Source: Babesia bigemina
Taxonomy: Eukaryota
Reading direction: 5' to 3'
Assembly (NCBI RefSeq): GCF_000981445.1
Contig: NC_027217.1
Coordinates: 1,488,001 to 1,552,000 of the forward strand
Length of the DNA: 64,000 bases
The stretch's first letter is position 1. Each line of letters starts with the position of its first letter. Below are positions 24,181-36,100 of the stretch, one piece after another. The notes beneath the pieces were generated by a model. It saw only the letters and a program-made list of their open reading frames with translations, did not search any database and was not told where the DNA came from. The position numbers were made by a program, and so were the translations under genes.

Positions 24181-26658
24181 TCACTGTCTACGCTTTTTGT
24201 ATTTCATGTTTCCCTTCTTCAACGACTTTAGGTGGCGCTTCAGATTTGCCATCTTCTCCGCGATGTTCATTGTCTGCTTCCCCACTATTCGTTTGCTCTG
24301 CATGGTCATCAGCACCGGCTTGTTTCGCGCTTTAACGCGGTTGGTGGTGCTCTGCTTGTTTCCCGCACGACTTTCCGCAGCTGTGCGCCGTTTCTTGCGT
24401 TCCATCCTGGCCAACGCAGCTTCTTTGCGGCTTTCTGCGGCGACGCGTTTGCGTTTTGACCCATATGCTAGATCGTTGGGGTTGATCTTAATACGCTCAG
24501 CCTCGGAATCTTCGTCCTCGTCGCTGTCTTCGCTTTCATCGTCATCGGTTTCGCGACCTGGTTTACGCTTGGGGTGACTGCCGGATGCCGTGCCTCGCTT
24601 ATCGCGCTGCTCGCTGCTATCGCCCTCTTCGCTCTCACTCTCCTCTTCTGAGTCTGATACCCACGCGTCGCTCTCGGAACCAACGTCCTCCTCCGACGAA
24701 TCCATCTCCTCGGACTCCTCATCACTGCCCTCGGCATTGGAGTCGTACTCGTCTTCGCTTGCGCCGATCTCTTCGTCGTCATCGTCATGGTCACTGCCCG
24801 ACCCGGATTGACCAGCTTCTGCCTCATCAGGGCCCATGTATTTTTTGCGCTTGAAGTCTTCTTGCGATAGGATGTAGGTGCTGCTGAACTTTTGAGATGC
24901 GGTTCCGGTTTTCTCCTTCTTGGCTTGGGTGAGCTGGGTGCCGGCTTCACGCCCTCTAAGGGTCGGGTGCAGCATCTCCGGCGCCTGTTCTCGGTAGAGG
25001 TTTATAAACGACTTGGTCGCCATTGCAACAGCTGAATGGGTTTTGTAAGGGTCCACACCTCACGTACCTTTATTCTTTATATGTCTGAACTCCACAATCT
25101 GTCCGATGGTCTCCTTGGCGAACAAGCACGGCGCCCTAGCAGCTATCTCGCGTAAGGTATTAATTCCGACAGTTATAACTTCATTTGCACGGTCTTCACT
25201 CACGAATTGATCCATAATCTGTTTTATCAGAGGTTCCAGGAGGTCAGTAGGCATATCGGGGTGAACTGCCTGCGCCGATATCGCCAGGATTTTGGTCACG
25301 AGCTTCTGTTTGTGGTTGATGTATTTCAGCATGAACCCGTAGAAGTTTGGCACCATGAGGCGGTGGCGTGCGATCAAAATGCTGACTAACTGGAGCAGTA
25401 TGAGCTTGGCACCGAAAGTCACATCCTTGTTCCTGCAGCGCTCGAACAGCCGGTCGGTGAACTTTTGCGGATCATGCAGGTCGTCAATCGCCGCAAATTC
25501 CCGAACCGCACACAACTGCAGACGCCGTTTGCGACGTTCCAGCTGTTTCTCCACATGTTTCTTCGTTCGAGCTAGGCGGTTTTGCCGTCCTTCTGTCTTC
25601 TTAGAGTGCGCTCCAAACCCAGGGTGCTGCTGCTGTTTGTTGAGGTCCTCAAGCGCCGCGATTTCTTCCTCTATATCCTCCAAGGCCGAAAAAGCCACGT
25701 CCAAATGGTTTTTGGTACCGAGCAGAAAATGCGCGCCAGCCAGCACCAGTTTGAGGTTTGACGCAAGAGCGCACTGTGCAATGTTGTTCACCGTCTGGCT
25801 ATCCCGCCAAACCCTCCTCTTGTGCATCTCGACGCATATGCAGCACGTCAGAAGCTGCACCTGGATGCTCTTGGCCTTGAGGAAGTCGAAAAACAGCCGT
25901 TGCACGGCCCTAGTTAACTACGGCATCGTCAAGTCAACACGCACGCAATCTCACCCTGGCATCCTTCACTTGTTGCGATACGATCGTGAGATCGCGGACG
26001 ATAAATACGAAGAGTCTTCGGCGCACATCGCGGTCGTCGAGGTCGAGCAGAGCGAGCCACTCCGGAAATATGCTGCGAAGGATTTGGGGCGTTGTGCATA
26101 CTCCACCTACGTGAATATGTCGACCAGGCGCTTGCTTCTCAATAGAAATGTGGTGCTGATAACCTGTTTGAGCGTCTTCCCGTTTATGCGCTTGCGATGT
26201 GATTTAACAAAATCGATGAGCATCATGCACAGATCGCGTCCCAGTTCGGGGCCTGGTGCATCCGCAGCGTTTGCAGCTCCATTCTCCACCCCCAGACTGA
26301 CGCCACTGCTTGCGCCTGTGACCCTTTGAGCGTTTTCGACGACGCTTTGAGAGCCTTTCCCCGAAGCGGAGAGCCCCGTGGAATCTGCTGCGTTAGACGG
26401 CACGCATCGGATGTCTATATTGGTCTGCTGCGGCCCACAGTAGAATGACACGGACTGACACGCTATGATTTGGCAACCACTCCGGCCTACCTGGGCAACA
26501 AAGTTCAGCAGCGCCATGGCCGTGGCATTGTAGAGATGCGGCGTTAACTTCAGCACCGCTAGGGCCGCCACGAACTCCTCCCATTTTCGGAAGAAGTCCT
26601 CACGGTGCGCCTCGGGTTCCCGCTTGATCCGCAGGATCAGATTTTCGAGACCTTCCAT
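24181..26658 (-). CDS. SDA1: SDA1 ribosome biogenesis protein
   Basis: LENLILRIKREPEAHREDF, AIDDLHDPQKFTDRLF, VITVGINTLREI, KSFINLYREQAPEMLHPTLRG, STTNRVKARNKPVLM. Introns 26455-26490, 26073-26110, 25918-25954 and 25032-25067. Confidence 0.92.
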
Positions 26659-26744
26659 TGTTTGTGACCGCTGATGTGTAACCAAGCGCCTAGCAAGGCG
26701 TATAAATGCTGGACGTAACCGTTAAATTGGGCTCTCCGGAGTTA

Positions 26745-26817
26745 GTGCGTGTGGCGCAATGGATAGCGCGTCGCTCTCCGGAGGCGAAGGTTGTGGGTTC
26801 GAGTCCCACCATGCACG
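26745..26817 (+). tRNA. tRNA-Arg(CCG)
   Basis: Acceptor GTGCGTG/CATGCAC, D-arm TGGCGCAATGGATAGCGC, anticodon arm TCGCT-CTCCGGA-GGCGA, T-arm GTGGG-TTCGAGT-CCCAC. Confidence 0.95.
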
Positions 26818-26844
26818 GTTCTTTGTGCACAATTCGTTTTCAAC

Positions 26845-27143
26845 ATGGTGTCAGCTCTCCGTGGAATATTGGTCAAATGGTAGGTGTTATTTACGCGTCT
26901 AAGCAATCGCAGCGACCCGCCGACTATGGAGATAGTCCGGCAAATCAACGAGACACGGCAGTTCATCATCGAACAGATCGACGAGAGCGTCGCGCTGTGC
27001 CAAGACAGCGTGTTTGACTTTTTAAAGGTGTGTTGTTGCGTGCGTGGTCTAACGGTGTGCAGGAGGAGGTTACACGCCGCCTTGAGTTTGCCGAGCGACT
27101 CACGCCTACCGAATCCAAGCCTGCTGCTACGGATAGCGAGTGA
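26845..27143 (+). CDS. TFB5: TFIIH p8 subunit (Tfb5/TTDA), 76 aa, 3 exons
   Basis: Introns 26880-26912 and 27028-27062 give MVSALRGILVKCDPPTMEIVRQINETRQFIIEQIDESVALCQDSVFDFLKEEVTRRL..., matching the Tfb5 pattern GxLxxCDP...FIIxxIDD. Confidence 0.88.
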
Positions 27144-27146
27144 GCC

Positions 27147-27854
27147 TCACCGCTTGACGTAGTCTTGCGTGTATATACGGCGGGCGACGTCGGACACGAG
27201 CCATGCGAAGCCCTCGACGATCCCTTCGCCGCTAATACCGCTGCATCCGTGGATGCGCCAGCTCCGCTCGTTCGCGATTCGGTCGAGTCCGAGCTGCTAC
27301 AAACTGAACATTAAACAATGCAAATCACCTCCTGAATTTCGTGAACGTTGAGGGCTCCGGTAACGTCCTGCTTGTTGGCGAATACCAGCACCGTGCACTG
27401 TGCCATTTGCTGCGCGGGGTGACTGAAACGCGTGTGACACTGACATCTTGCGACAGGAGCTCCTCTATCTCGCTGCGCGAGTCCTCGAGGCGCATGGCGT
27501 CCGCAGAATCCACGACCCAGACCAGCGCATCGGTGTTTTCGAAGTAGTTGCGCCAGAAGGACCGGATGGTCTTCTGTCCACCAACGTCCCAGATGTTCAC
27601 CTGGTAGCTGCACATCTGTCCAAATCGGAGAGATCATTGATTACCCATCGTGTTCTAGTGTCTTTATGTTGAAACCGAGCGTAGGCTCGATGCGCGAGGT
27701 GTCCTCGCCGTTCAAGCGCTTGAGGATAGTAGTCTTTCCCGCGTTGTCAAGGCCGCTGTGAGATGTGCAGGTTGCGATAGAGCACTCACAGCATAAGCAC
27801 ACGAATTTCGTGTTCCAAGGCCTTGCCCTTGCGAATCACCTTCAGGAGTCCCAT
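27147..27854 (-). CDS. ARL2: ADP-ribosylation factor-like GTPase 2
   Basis: MGLLKVIRK...[41 protein letters not shown]. Introns 27756-27789, 27608-27644, 27410-27444 and about 27294-27328. Confidence 0.95.
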
Positions 27855-27857
27855 GGC

Positions 27858-29447
27858 TTAACACTGGCGAGCTGTACGCGCCCGTAGAAGGTCGGCGGGC
27901 CAACTCGCCTGCGCCTCCGCAATCATTACCCGTGTCCGTTCTTCGGCGGTTCCTTCGTAAACTGACGCCGATTGCGGCTGGATTCGCTCTGCGGCGTCGC
28001 AAATGACCGGGTCGAGATTCGGCGTCGCGCCGCTGAAGTAGATTTTCGTTCCAATGGCCAGGACTTCTACGGCCACCGCGCGCACCGATCCGTGCGAATG
28101 CCTGCAAAGGGCGCCTACGGTTTCGAAGAAAGGCGCCTGTTTCACGGCGAGCCTTGCAACTCCGTGAGAGTTGTAGAGATGCGCCCTGAGCAACAACGTC
28201 GATACAAGCCTCAGGCGGTTGCAGATTGAGCGGGCCCCCGGCTGCGAGTTGTAGCCGCCCAGCGACCTGATTAGGCAGTTCACAATATCCTCGTACGTAG
28301 GGATGGTGTTGGACTCGGCGACCTTGAGCAACGCGCATACCGCGCAGTTGACCACCGCTGAGACGGGGTCTCCCAGTCGGGCGATGAGCGCTTCCAGGAA
28401 CTCCGCTCCGCCACTAACCGCAGCGCCGCGTTCTGTTTTGGAGCGGGGCGCGTCTCCGCGTTCGGTGGCGCAACGCGCACTGCTGGCCACAGAGCAGCCG
28501 TGGCGCTCCATAAAGCCGAAGAATGAATCCAGCAGCTCAAGCGATTTTATGAGCACCTAGGACAGCATATATGTCACTTTTAGTCTGTTACCTTCAGTGC
28601 ATGGTCCCTAAACAGCCGCGCCAAAGCGCAGTATATGCCTCCGACAGCCCTCTGGATGCTATCGTCGTTCGTCGCCAGTATCTCGTCGCTGTCGACTAGT
28701 GCCACAATGTCGCCCACCGCTTCGAAGCGCCGCATCCAACGACGGGAATATAGCTTCGAAACCATGGCGTCGTCGAAATATGCCGCTGCTGCATTTGCCT
28801 CGAGCCGCAAGGCCGGCGGTATCTCATCGTCGGCCGTCGACACCTCTGCAGGCTCGTGATCAGCTAGCGACGCCAAGCTTACCTATGTTATCGAGTGAGC
28901 CAATCAAATCGTCCATCGTGTAGCTTTGGTGCCCCGGCAAGGCCTGCTCCTCGAAAGGTGCCGCCACTGGAGTGCAGCGGGCGCTCAGGGGGGCCGGTTT
29001 ATAGATCGACTCCATTGGATCTGTTGTCACGCTAGGATAGTTCACGGCACGATCAGTTACGCTGCCTGATTGTGCGGGAATGTCATAACTGTTTGGAATC
29101 CGCGGAGGTTCTCGCGTGACAGGAGTGCCCACTACACTGGCGAGCGCACCGATGCAGGCATCCAAACCGTTCATCATGTGCTGCAAGGCAGGCTCGTGCA
29201 AGACGTCCTCGCGCATCTCTCGCAGTACACGTAAGCGTTCCACCCACGTTGCGTACGAGCACTGGCCAGCGATAAGTTTGTTTTTAGCGCCTCGCGCTGA
29301 CGACTCAGGCGGCGCTCCTGGTGCGGTGAGCCCCCCACGAAACTGGAGGTCGAAGTTGTAGGCGGGACCACGATCCACATCGTCCAATCCATGAGCGTGC
29401 TCTCCGACGAGGCGCGCTCCGTTAACGCGCTGCTCTCTGTCCATCAT
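27858..29447 (-). CDS. HEAT/TOG-repeat protein (possibly CEP104-like)
   Basis: Introns 28846-28882 and 28557-28591 join three ORFs. SKLYSRRWMRRFEAV, LFRDHALKVLIKSL, LIARLGDPVSAV and HSHGSVRAVAV are HEAT/TOG-like. The CEP104 identity is inference. Confidence 0.6.
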
Positions 29448-30298
29448 GCAAACATCCCCCTGCAAAGGTTGCCCAGCTTGGTTTTCAATGACACAGTATA
29501 ATCGCCTTAAAGCAGCGCACTCCAGCAACCATATACTTGTGCTATAGCGTTATATAGCAACTTCCGGCTGGCGCATGCCTCTCACCGTGCTCGGGAAGGT
29601 TACGCCCGGTACGCTTTAATTTGTGACTTCCTGAGTGTTTGGAAGGGCGTAATCCAGGCTCCACCACCAGTACCTCCTACGGAGCCATACTTCTCACCGT
29701 CGAACACCTGTAGGACGATTAAAAGCCCCAAATTACGTGACCGTCAATGTGCAACCACGGAGGCGTGTCTACACACCCAAACTCAGATGTCTGCCTTCCA
29801 GCGGTAAAGAGCCACCGCCAGAACGCAAAACCACACAAATGAGACACTGCCCTTTGCGTTAGTTGTTTCTATGTGTAAATGTGCCTCACCAAGCAAGCCT
29901 TCCGCAACGCAGAGTGGTAGACGGTCCCTCGACAGTCGGTAAAAAAAGCGACGAACGGACGTTTCGAGAGCGATGTGCGCAATCACGTAACTAATAGCAA
30001 CATTTCTGAGTTACAGACACAATATATCTAGCATGTGTCGGCACGATTCACTAAACGTGCACAATCGGTTACCTCTAATGTGTGTGTCTGCGCCGAACCT
30101 TGAACGTCGCCTGTGACGGTAAAGTGCCGATTCCGGCCGTTAACGTGATAGCTCTTGGCGCGCTTGGTAGCAGAATGCATGCGAAACGCATAAACGTTGT
30201 GCTACCGTTGGTCCGAAGAGGCACGCATTAAGGGCCAGGGCCCTCGACATAGCAGCGATCACACAAGATAGCCCACCCAACCACGCAAAGCAATATGA

Positions 30299-32203
30299 CT
30301 ACAATTTGAAGCGCGATACCATGGGCATGACCATCATCCCTGCCAGCAACGACAGGATGAGATGCGTCACCATCGTGCTGTGCCGCTCGAGGAACTGCAC
30401 TGGGAACACCTCCACCCGCTGTTTGCTCGCAGCCCGATCCGACTGCGGCGGCGTTGAGAGCGTCTCATCATCATCCAAGTCGGGATCACATAGACCCAGG
30501 CCTTCAAACATGACGCGCCCCGGTCGCCTTTGAGGGACGATGACGTTGTAGAGGTGGTCGTCGGGTCTGGGCATCAGAGGCGGGCGTATGATCCTGAACT
30601 TCGCGAAGTCCAGTCCGCCGAAATCCATTTCCGACTGCTGTCGTGCGATGTTGTGGAATGCCTCGGGTCTGAGCGAGTCGCTCTTCAACAGGTCCTCAGC
30701 AATCGGTTTCTGGCGCATGTCCATCGTGAAGGCGCGGCTGATGCTGCCTATTTTATTGAACAGGATGCTAGTTCCGCGCTTCAGAAATGTGTCCACACCG
30801 TTCGAACCATCTCCCAGGTAGTAGCTGCCGTCGGCGTTCATGCGCCCCTCGTATCCCGCCGCCGCGTCCATAAAGTCTGCCATGCTGTCGTTCGCCACTT
30901 TGTAGACCACCACCGGAATCACGAAATCGCAGAAGAGCGCTGATATAAGTCCGATGTGCCCCAGGTATTCGAAGAAAATGGACTCATTGGACAGCATCCA
31001 GGTGAAGGTGAACGGCAGGACGCAGCCCCAAAAGTACGCCGACTTCGATCCGCAGTACCCCAAGTTCAGCAGGTTGTACTTGGTACTGATGGTGCCGAAA
31101 ACGACATCGGGCAGCACGTTAACGGCCACGAACAGGCATATGGCTGCATGCGTCAAGAGGCTGGTGTTGCTGAGCAGTATGTCGCTGACTATGCTCCCGC
31201 TGTTTGCCGGGAAGCCGACGCACAGGATGTACCCCAAGACATGGTACATTGCGGAGGTGAAAAAGGTGCTCGTCCACATCGTCCTGACGACCTTCACGTC
31301 GCTTGTCATCTCGTTCGCCCAGGACGGCGTCGAGCTGGCGACGTTGAAGTTCTCCACAAACGTCAGGATGACCTTGCTGAAACGCGTGCCACCTATCGCT
31401 GGCGGCTTTGCGGCCCGCACTCCGCCCAGGTAGCGAGCGAAGCCGAAGAGTGCGAGCTGCATGGTGCAGCCGATCAGCGCCAGGAATGAGAAGACGTGGA
31501 ATCCCATGGTCTCCTCCAGCGCACACGCGCTGAGGCGCAGGCACAACGCAGCGCAGAGGACATACCCCAGGGTGATGGCGAGCGTGAAGGTCGGGCCGTC
31601 CGTGCCGCTGTTGACGCTTGACTCGTAGATGGCTGTCACGGTGCGCATGTCGACGCGGCCGAAGCTGGCGTGCGGGTAGACCTGCAGCGCCAGCGTCCAA
31701 CCGAATATTCGCACTAGCAGCATGTCTACGAGCTTCGAAAACGCGAGTATGCCGCAAACAACGCTGCAGAGGTCCCCGGCGTGGTGCAACAGCGCCACCA
31801 TGCGGAAGTTGTGGTCCGAGAGGTAGTACTTGACCAGGGTGTTGTACTCGATGCGATGGTCGAAATTATCGTTGTGCGGGATCAGCGTCATGGCACGCAG
31901 CAGCATGAGGCTGCATACCGCGGCCAAGACCGCGACTAGTATGTTCGCCAGCAGGGCGTACAGCCATCCTCCCTCACGCATCACGCACGGGATATCGCTC
32001 ATTCCTGCGGTCGCATGTGGTCACTGACCGTGAAACGTACCGTATCCGATCATCTGGTTGACCACCAGGACGAATGACGCGATTGGCGAGATGGTTTTCT
32101 TGTACTTCCATGTGTAAGCCTTGAAGCGCTTCCTCGATCGCACAAATCTGCCCGGCCGCGAGTCCGCGGTTGCGTCACCTTCCGTAGGCGCCATGGTTGC
32201 CAT
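30299..32203 (-). CDS. Amino acid/auxin permease (Aa_trans) family transporter
   Basis: KTISPIASFVLVVNQMIGYG|MSDIP joined by intron 32005-32040; about 11 hydrophobic segments; PSWANEM motif. Confidence 0.82.
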
Positions 32204-32856
32204 GACTTCGTGTAGGGGCGGCCGCCTCCCGCATTCCTACTGGTGAACTGCCTCGGCAATCTCACGTCGCGCCGCCTCACGCCATACGATGGAAGGACGC
32301 AACGCAATGACGCTTACCACAGCAATATCTTCCGGTTGCACGGCCAAAGGCCATATGCATTTTTCGTTATATTTGATTAAGGTTTTGAGTTCCTTTACCG
32401 TTTGCTCGCATTCACCGCGTGTGTGACTCCGTTGCATGGAACACCGCATTACTAAGACACGATTCGGCGGCTGCAAAAAAATGCAGTTCCATGCTTCCAA
32501 CATAAGTTGTGGCGTTTGCTAAAGGCATTGTGCAATATGACAGACTCATGTAGAACATGTGATTATGGTTGCCTGGTTTCTTATAGCAGTCGGCTGCGTC
32601 CGCCGAAGCTGCCAGATTGACCGCCGATGGACATATAAGCCAGGCATATGTTAAACCAAAGACCGTTGACGCAATCAATGCGGCGCAAACGCAAATCGCA
32701 GAGGCCGGATGCGCACATTCGCTACACACGTGAACGCAACAGGGTTTTTAGGTACGGCAACCCCTCAACTACGCATTGCAGTTGGTGTAATACACCCGTC
32801 TTTGTTATCTATACCTCTAGTCTGCAGGGAAGGCAGCGTGAACGCGCGACACTTCG

Positions 32857-33123
32857 TTAAGGCTTCAACGAAGCTATAGAGCCTCCAACCGTAGTATCGC
32901 CCACATCCCTATTATGCGGGCGTCTAGCGACTCCAAAAAAGAAAACACACCCAACACTAACCAGAACTGTGCTTATAACGGCCAAAGGCAATTTATTTTT
33001 ACCGCCGGTGACACGCGTGTCTAGCCGACGGCAGCATCCAAGAACCCGAGATTTTGAGTTGCTGGCTCCACACAACGCCACATAAGTTTGGCGTGATTGC
33101 CAAACAGTCGCTAGGCACGCCAT
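32857..33123 (-). CDS. Possible small single-TM protein
   Basis: 88-aa ORF with a basic N-terminus and one hydrophobic stretch (LPLAVISTVLVSVGCVFFFGV); no family recognised. Confidence 0.25.
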   Translation of the reverse strand: MACLATVWQSRQTYVALCGASNSKSRVLGCCRRLDTRVTGGKNKLPLAVISTVLVSVGCVFFFGVARRPHNRDVGDTTVGGSIASLKP

Positions 33124-33173
33124 GGGCACCTCATTTCCGTCGTATCAGCGCGGAGTTTGGGCCCATCTGACCA

Positions 33174-36100
33174 ATGGCTGTACCCGCGGTTGGCGAGCTG
33201 CTGCCACGCCGCAACCCGGCGAAACGGGGTCACGGAGAGGCGTCGTCGTCGGATGACGCGGCGCCAGCGCATGGTGTACCGGGGAGTGACGGCAACATGC
33301 GGAATTCCGCGGTTGAGGGAACAAGACACGGCCATGACGGTGGAAATTCAGCCACCAAAAGGGCGCCACTATCGCAGGAAGACAACCGTAAGCGCCGGGC
33401 TAAACATAAGAAACGTGGAGGGGGTGCTGATGCCGATTCTGCAGGCTCCGAAAGCGCTCCAACATCGGCGGCTGTGGCACATGGCAGCACACCGGCGTTA
33501 CGCCACGGCGCGGAATTCTTCGCCAACGCCGGAGCGCCGTTCTTGAGGAAGCTGGGCGCATATACGGATGCGTTTCGGAAATCCGTCAGTCGGGTGTACG
33601 ACTCCGACATGGCCGTCGACGCAGCGCTGGCCGTCACTTTCATTCCCCTGAAAGAAGCGATCGAGGCAATGCCGAAGCAAACAGGCGGCACTTCGGCGAA
33701 TAACGATCACCACTGCGAGCGTTTTGCAGAGTGCGTGTACAGAGATGCCCTCCTCTGCGTTTGCTACATGGGCAAGGCGCGGGCAGCCAACGGTCCGTAT
33801 GATGGGTTGGAGCTTCTTACGGAATTCCTGTACTACCATCTGATGCGCGTCGACTACTTGTTGGAAAACCGCGCTATGCCGAAGGGTGCAGAGCTTCTGG
33901 ATTCGCAGCGCGTGATCCCATCCTCACCGCGCACTGTGGTTAGGGTGTGGGAATCACTGCTCAGCCTGTCGCTGGCCAAGGATCGCAAATTACGCGTGGC
34001 TTTCAGCACCGTCACTTATCACGTCATGAGGCTGGCGTGCAAGGACGAAATCGAAATACCTCAGAAGCTCTTCACGAAGCATGCGGACACCTTCGTGTCA
34101 CTGCTCGCCGACCCCAACAAGGAAATGCGGTACCGCTGCCTGCAGCTCCTCGAGCATTTCCAGGTAAGAGCCTGATCACGTAGTGGTGTTGTTGAATGTT
34201 TTATGTATTTTCGGAGGCTCCTTGCGTTGTGGCAACTCGCCACTGGTGACTGCCATTGCTACCCGGTTCATCTTGCTACAGGACGAGCGCGTCAAGGGAG
34301 AGATGCTGAAGCATATGGCGGACCCGGCCGCTGTTGTGAGGGTCGCCGCCGTCACGTTCCTGGACGTGCCGCCGACCCTGGAAGAGGCGCTGCCGGTGCT
34401 GCGCAAACTGATAGCCAGGCTTGCTGACGTCTCCAAAGACGTGCGTTCCGGCGTTTACAAGAAGCTGGGAACCGTTTACAACGTGATCCCCGTCGAAATG
34501 TGCACCCAGATAATGTGCTACGGACTATCCGAGGAGGCGCAGAGCATGAAAAGAGCCTTTCTGTATATGCTTTCTTCCTGGATCAGCAACTGCGGTGGCC
34601 TGGTAGGGTTCCTGTCTGACATGATCTCGCAGACCGACGACGTCACGGTGCTAGAGAACGCCATTTCATTTTACATGAAGGGCACTGGGTGCCTCAATTC
34701 CTTCTCCATTAGGTCGGATAAAGGCGTTGGCGGTGAAGGCGACGGGGCCGGCAGTGATGTCGCTGGCGAGCGCGAGGCCGAGGAAGACGCCGAAAACATC
34801 GTGGCGTATATGAAAAGGTTCAAAACGCTATCCCCTGCGGAGTTGGTGCTTGTGAACGTCTTCTATCAAAATCACGCCCTGCCTGAGGAGGTAAAACTCA
34901 TTAACATGGTAGACGTGATTTCCTACGCGCATTTCGTGCTCACCACGTTCTGCAACATGCCTGACGAGTCAGACCAGGCTCCTCAGTCCGCCGTGAACGC
35001 CATGGCAGACGACGATGCGCAGTTCGTCGACGCAGTTGAGTCCAACCAAGCGGCGGCTGTGCACAAGTACGCCTCGGAGGACTGTGAAAGGATGAAAAAG
35101 CTGTACTGGAACATGTGCTTGGTCTCGCACGCGCTCCGTGCGCTGCTCGTTATCGCGCACTGTCACGCCATTGAGGACAGCTACCAGGTCGCTCTGACCG
35201 AAACCTTCTGCGACAAGATACTGCTCCACAGCCCGGTGCGCAGCAACATCACGGGCCTGATGGCCGACGTTGTTGCGCAAACAACGCTGGGAAACAACTC
35301 GTACTCCCACGCGCTCCCCAGCCGCTGGCTGAAGGGAGGGGTGACGTTCGCGGCCACCAGCCTGCTGCGCTACGTCTACGCGCGCAAGTTCAGGCTCGAC
35401 GGCAAGTTCATCGGCGACGATCCGCAGATGGAGAAGCGGCACTTCGAAGTGTCCATCACGCGCAAGGTGCTCTCCATCATCTCCGACATAAAGGACCCCT
35501 TCCAAACCTCTGGTATTTCCAACATCAGCATCCGGCGGGAAGAGCTGGAGCGGATGGACCTGCAAAAAATCAAGGGTTTCGACCCCACCAGCTACTCCAT
35601 TGAGCACCTGAGTCTGATTGACGCGAAGCTGCGGGAGCAGATGGAGCAGACGTGGACGCAGCAGGCCGAGCTGGAAAATGTGAAGAGCGCGAGCAAAGAG
35701 CAGCAACAGCAACAGGAGATGTTGCAGCAGCAGGAGGAGGCGCTGCTGGTGCTCCTGGAGAAGCAGCAGGCGTTCGCCACCGTCATACGTAACTGCCTGA
35801 AGGAGCGCTGGACGCGCATCATGGCCATCGTAGAGTCCTTTCTCGGGCAGACCCAAAGCAACTGCAGCGAGGATGCGGGGCTCGCAGAGTTCCCACGCGC
35901 CATTCTGCTGCCGCAGATGGCCTTTTTCTGCTCCACAGTGGTCAAGTGGCGCGATCAAAGCATCACCGACCAGTACTGCGACGTGCTCACCAGCAAGTGC
36001 CTCGGGACGTGGTGCATGCTGAACAAGGGCCGCGTCGAGCTGTGGAGGCAACTGAATGCGTTCCACGTGGCTCTTAAAGGCGCCCTCGCCATCCTGGAGG

